Below are positions 63,875-64,000 of a DNA stretch of 64,000 bases, piece after piece. A program made the position numbers and the translations under genes. Under the pieces are notes generated by a model. It ran no database searches, was not told where the DNA came from, and saw nothing but the letters and a program-made list of their open reading frames with translations. Position 1 is the stretch's first letter. Each line of letters starts with the position of its first letter. The DNA lies in contig NC_043014.1 in assembly GCF_006345805.1 (NCBI RefSeq), forward strand, positions 34,224,001 to 34,288,000. Reading direction: 5' to 3'. Source of the stretch: Octopus sinensis (lineage: Eukaryota).

Positions 63875-63912
63875 GTAAGATGAGTTGCTCGCTTCAGAAA
63901 CAATTTAGCCAG
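63875..63912 (+). other. Candidate exon (ATG at 63880, MSCSLQKQFSQ, phase-0 donor) or recursive splice site
   Basis: Long pyrimidine tract 63830-63860, acceptor ctacag, then GTAAGA; downstream donor CAG|gtatat at 63912/63913. Confidence 0.4.
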
Positions 63913-64000
63913 GTATATATGAAAGTTTGATAGGGGTGGGGGCTATGAAAATTAATTGCAAAACCTCAAAATTCATCAGCACATGCAGTTCTAATTGAGA

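Overview
AT-rich animal genomic DNA, very likely an octopod cephalopod, judged from its tRNA-derived SINEs, RTE-clade LINEs with (GAT)n tails and (TA)n/(CA)n microsatellites. It holds two head-to-head genes. On the minus strand is the 5' part of USP10, with four coding exons (13273-13256, 2437-2330, 1624-1591, 1506-46) reading MAKTAQ|ENYSFGDF..., including the G3BP-binding FGDF motif. On the plus strand is an apparently near full-length midasin/MDN1 (Rea1) encoded as one uninterrupted 16,359-bp ORF (40349-56707, 5452 aa), whereas human MDN1 has about 100 exons. Its likely promoter and first exon lie about 14 kb upstream (~26000-26153). The predicted leader carries a spliced Arg/Lys-rich uORF. 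A further acceptor/ATG exon at 63875-63912 suggests MDN1 may be an alternative terminal exon nested in the 5' intron of a host gene. The rest is a dense TE landscape: SINEs, RTE LINE relics, a Tc1/mariner relic, Penelope-like elements (one with a tRNA-like head and hammerhead remnant), piggyBac/Merlin-type MITEs and foldbacks. USP10 intron 1 also contains a ~150-bp tandem repeat carrying NF-kB consensus sites. All gene models were read by eye and need RNA evidence.
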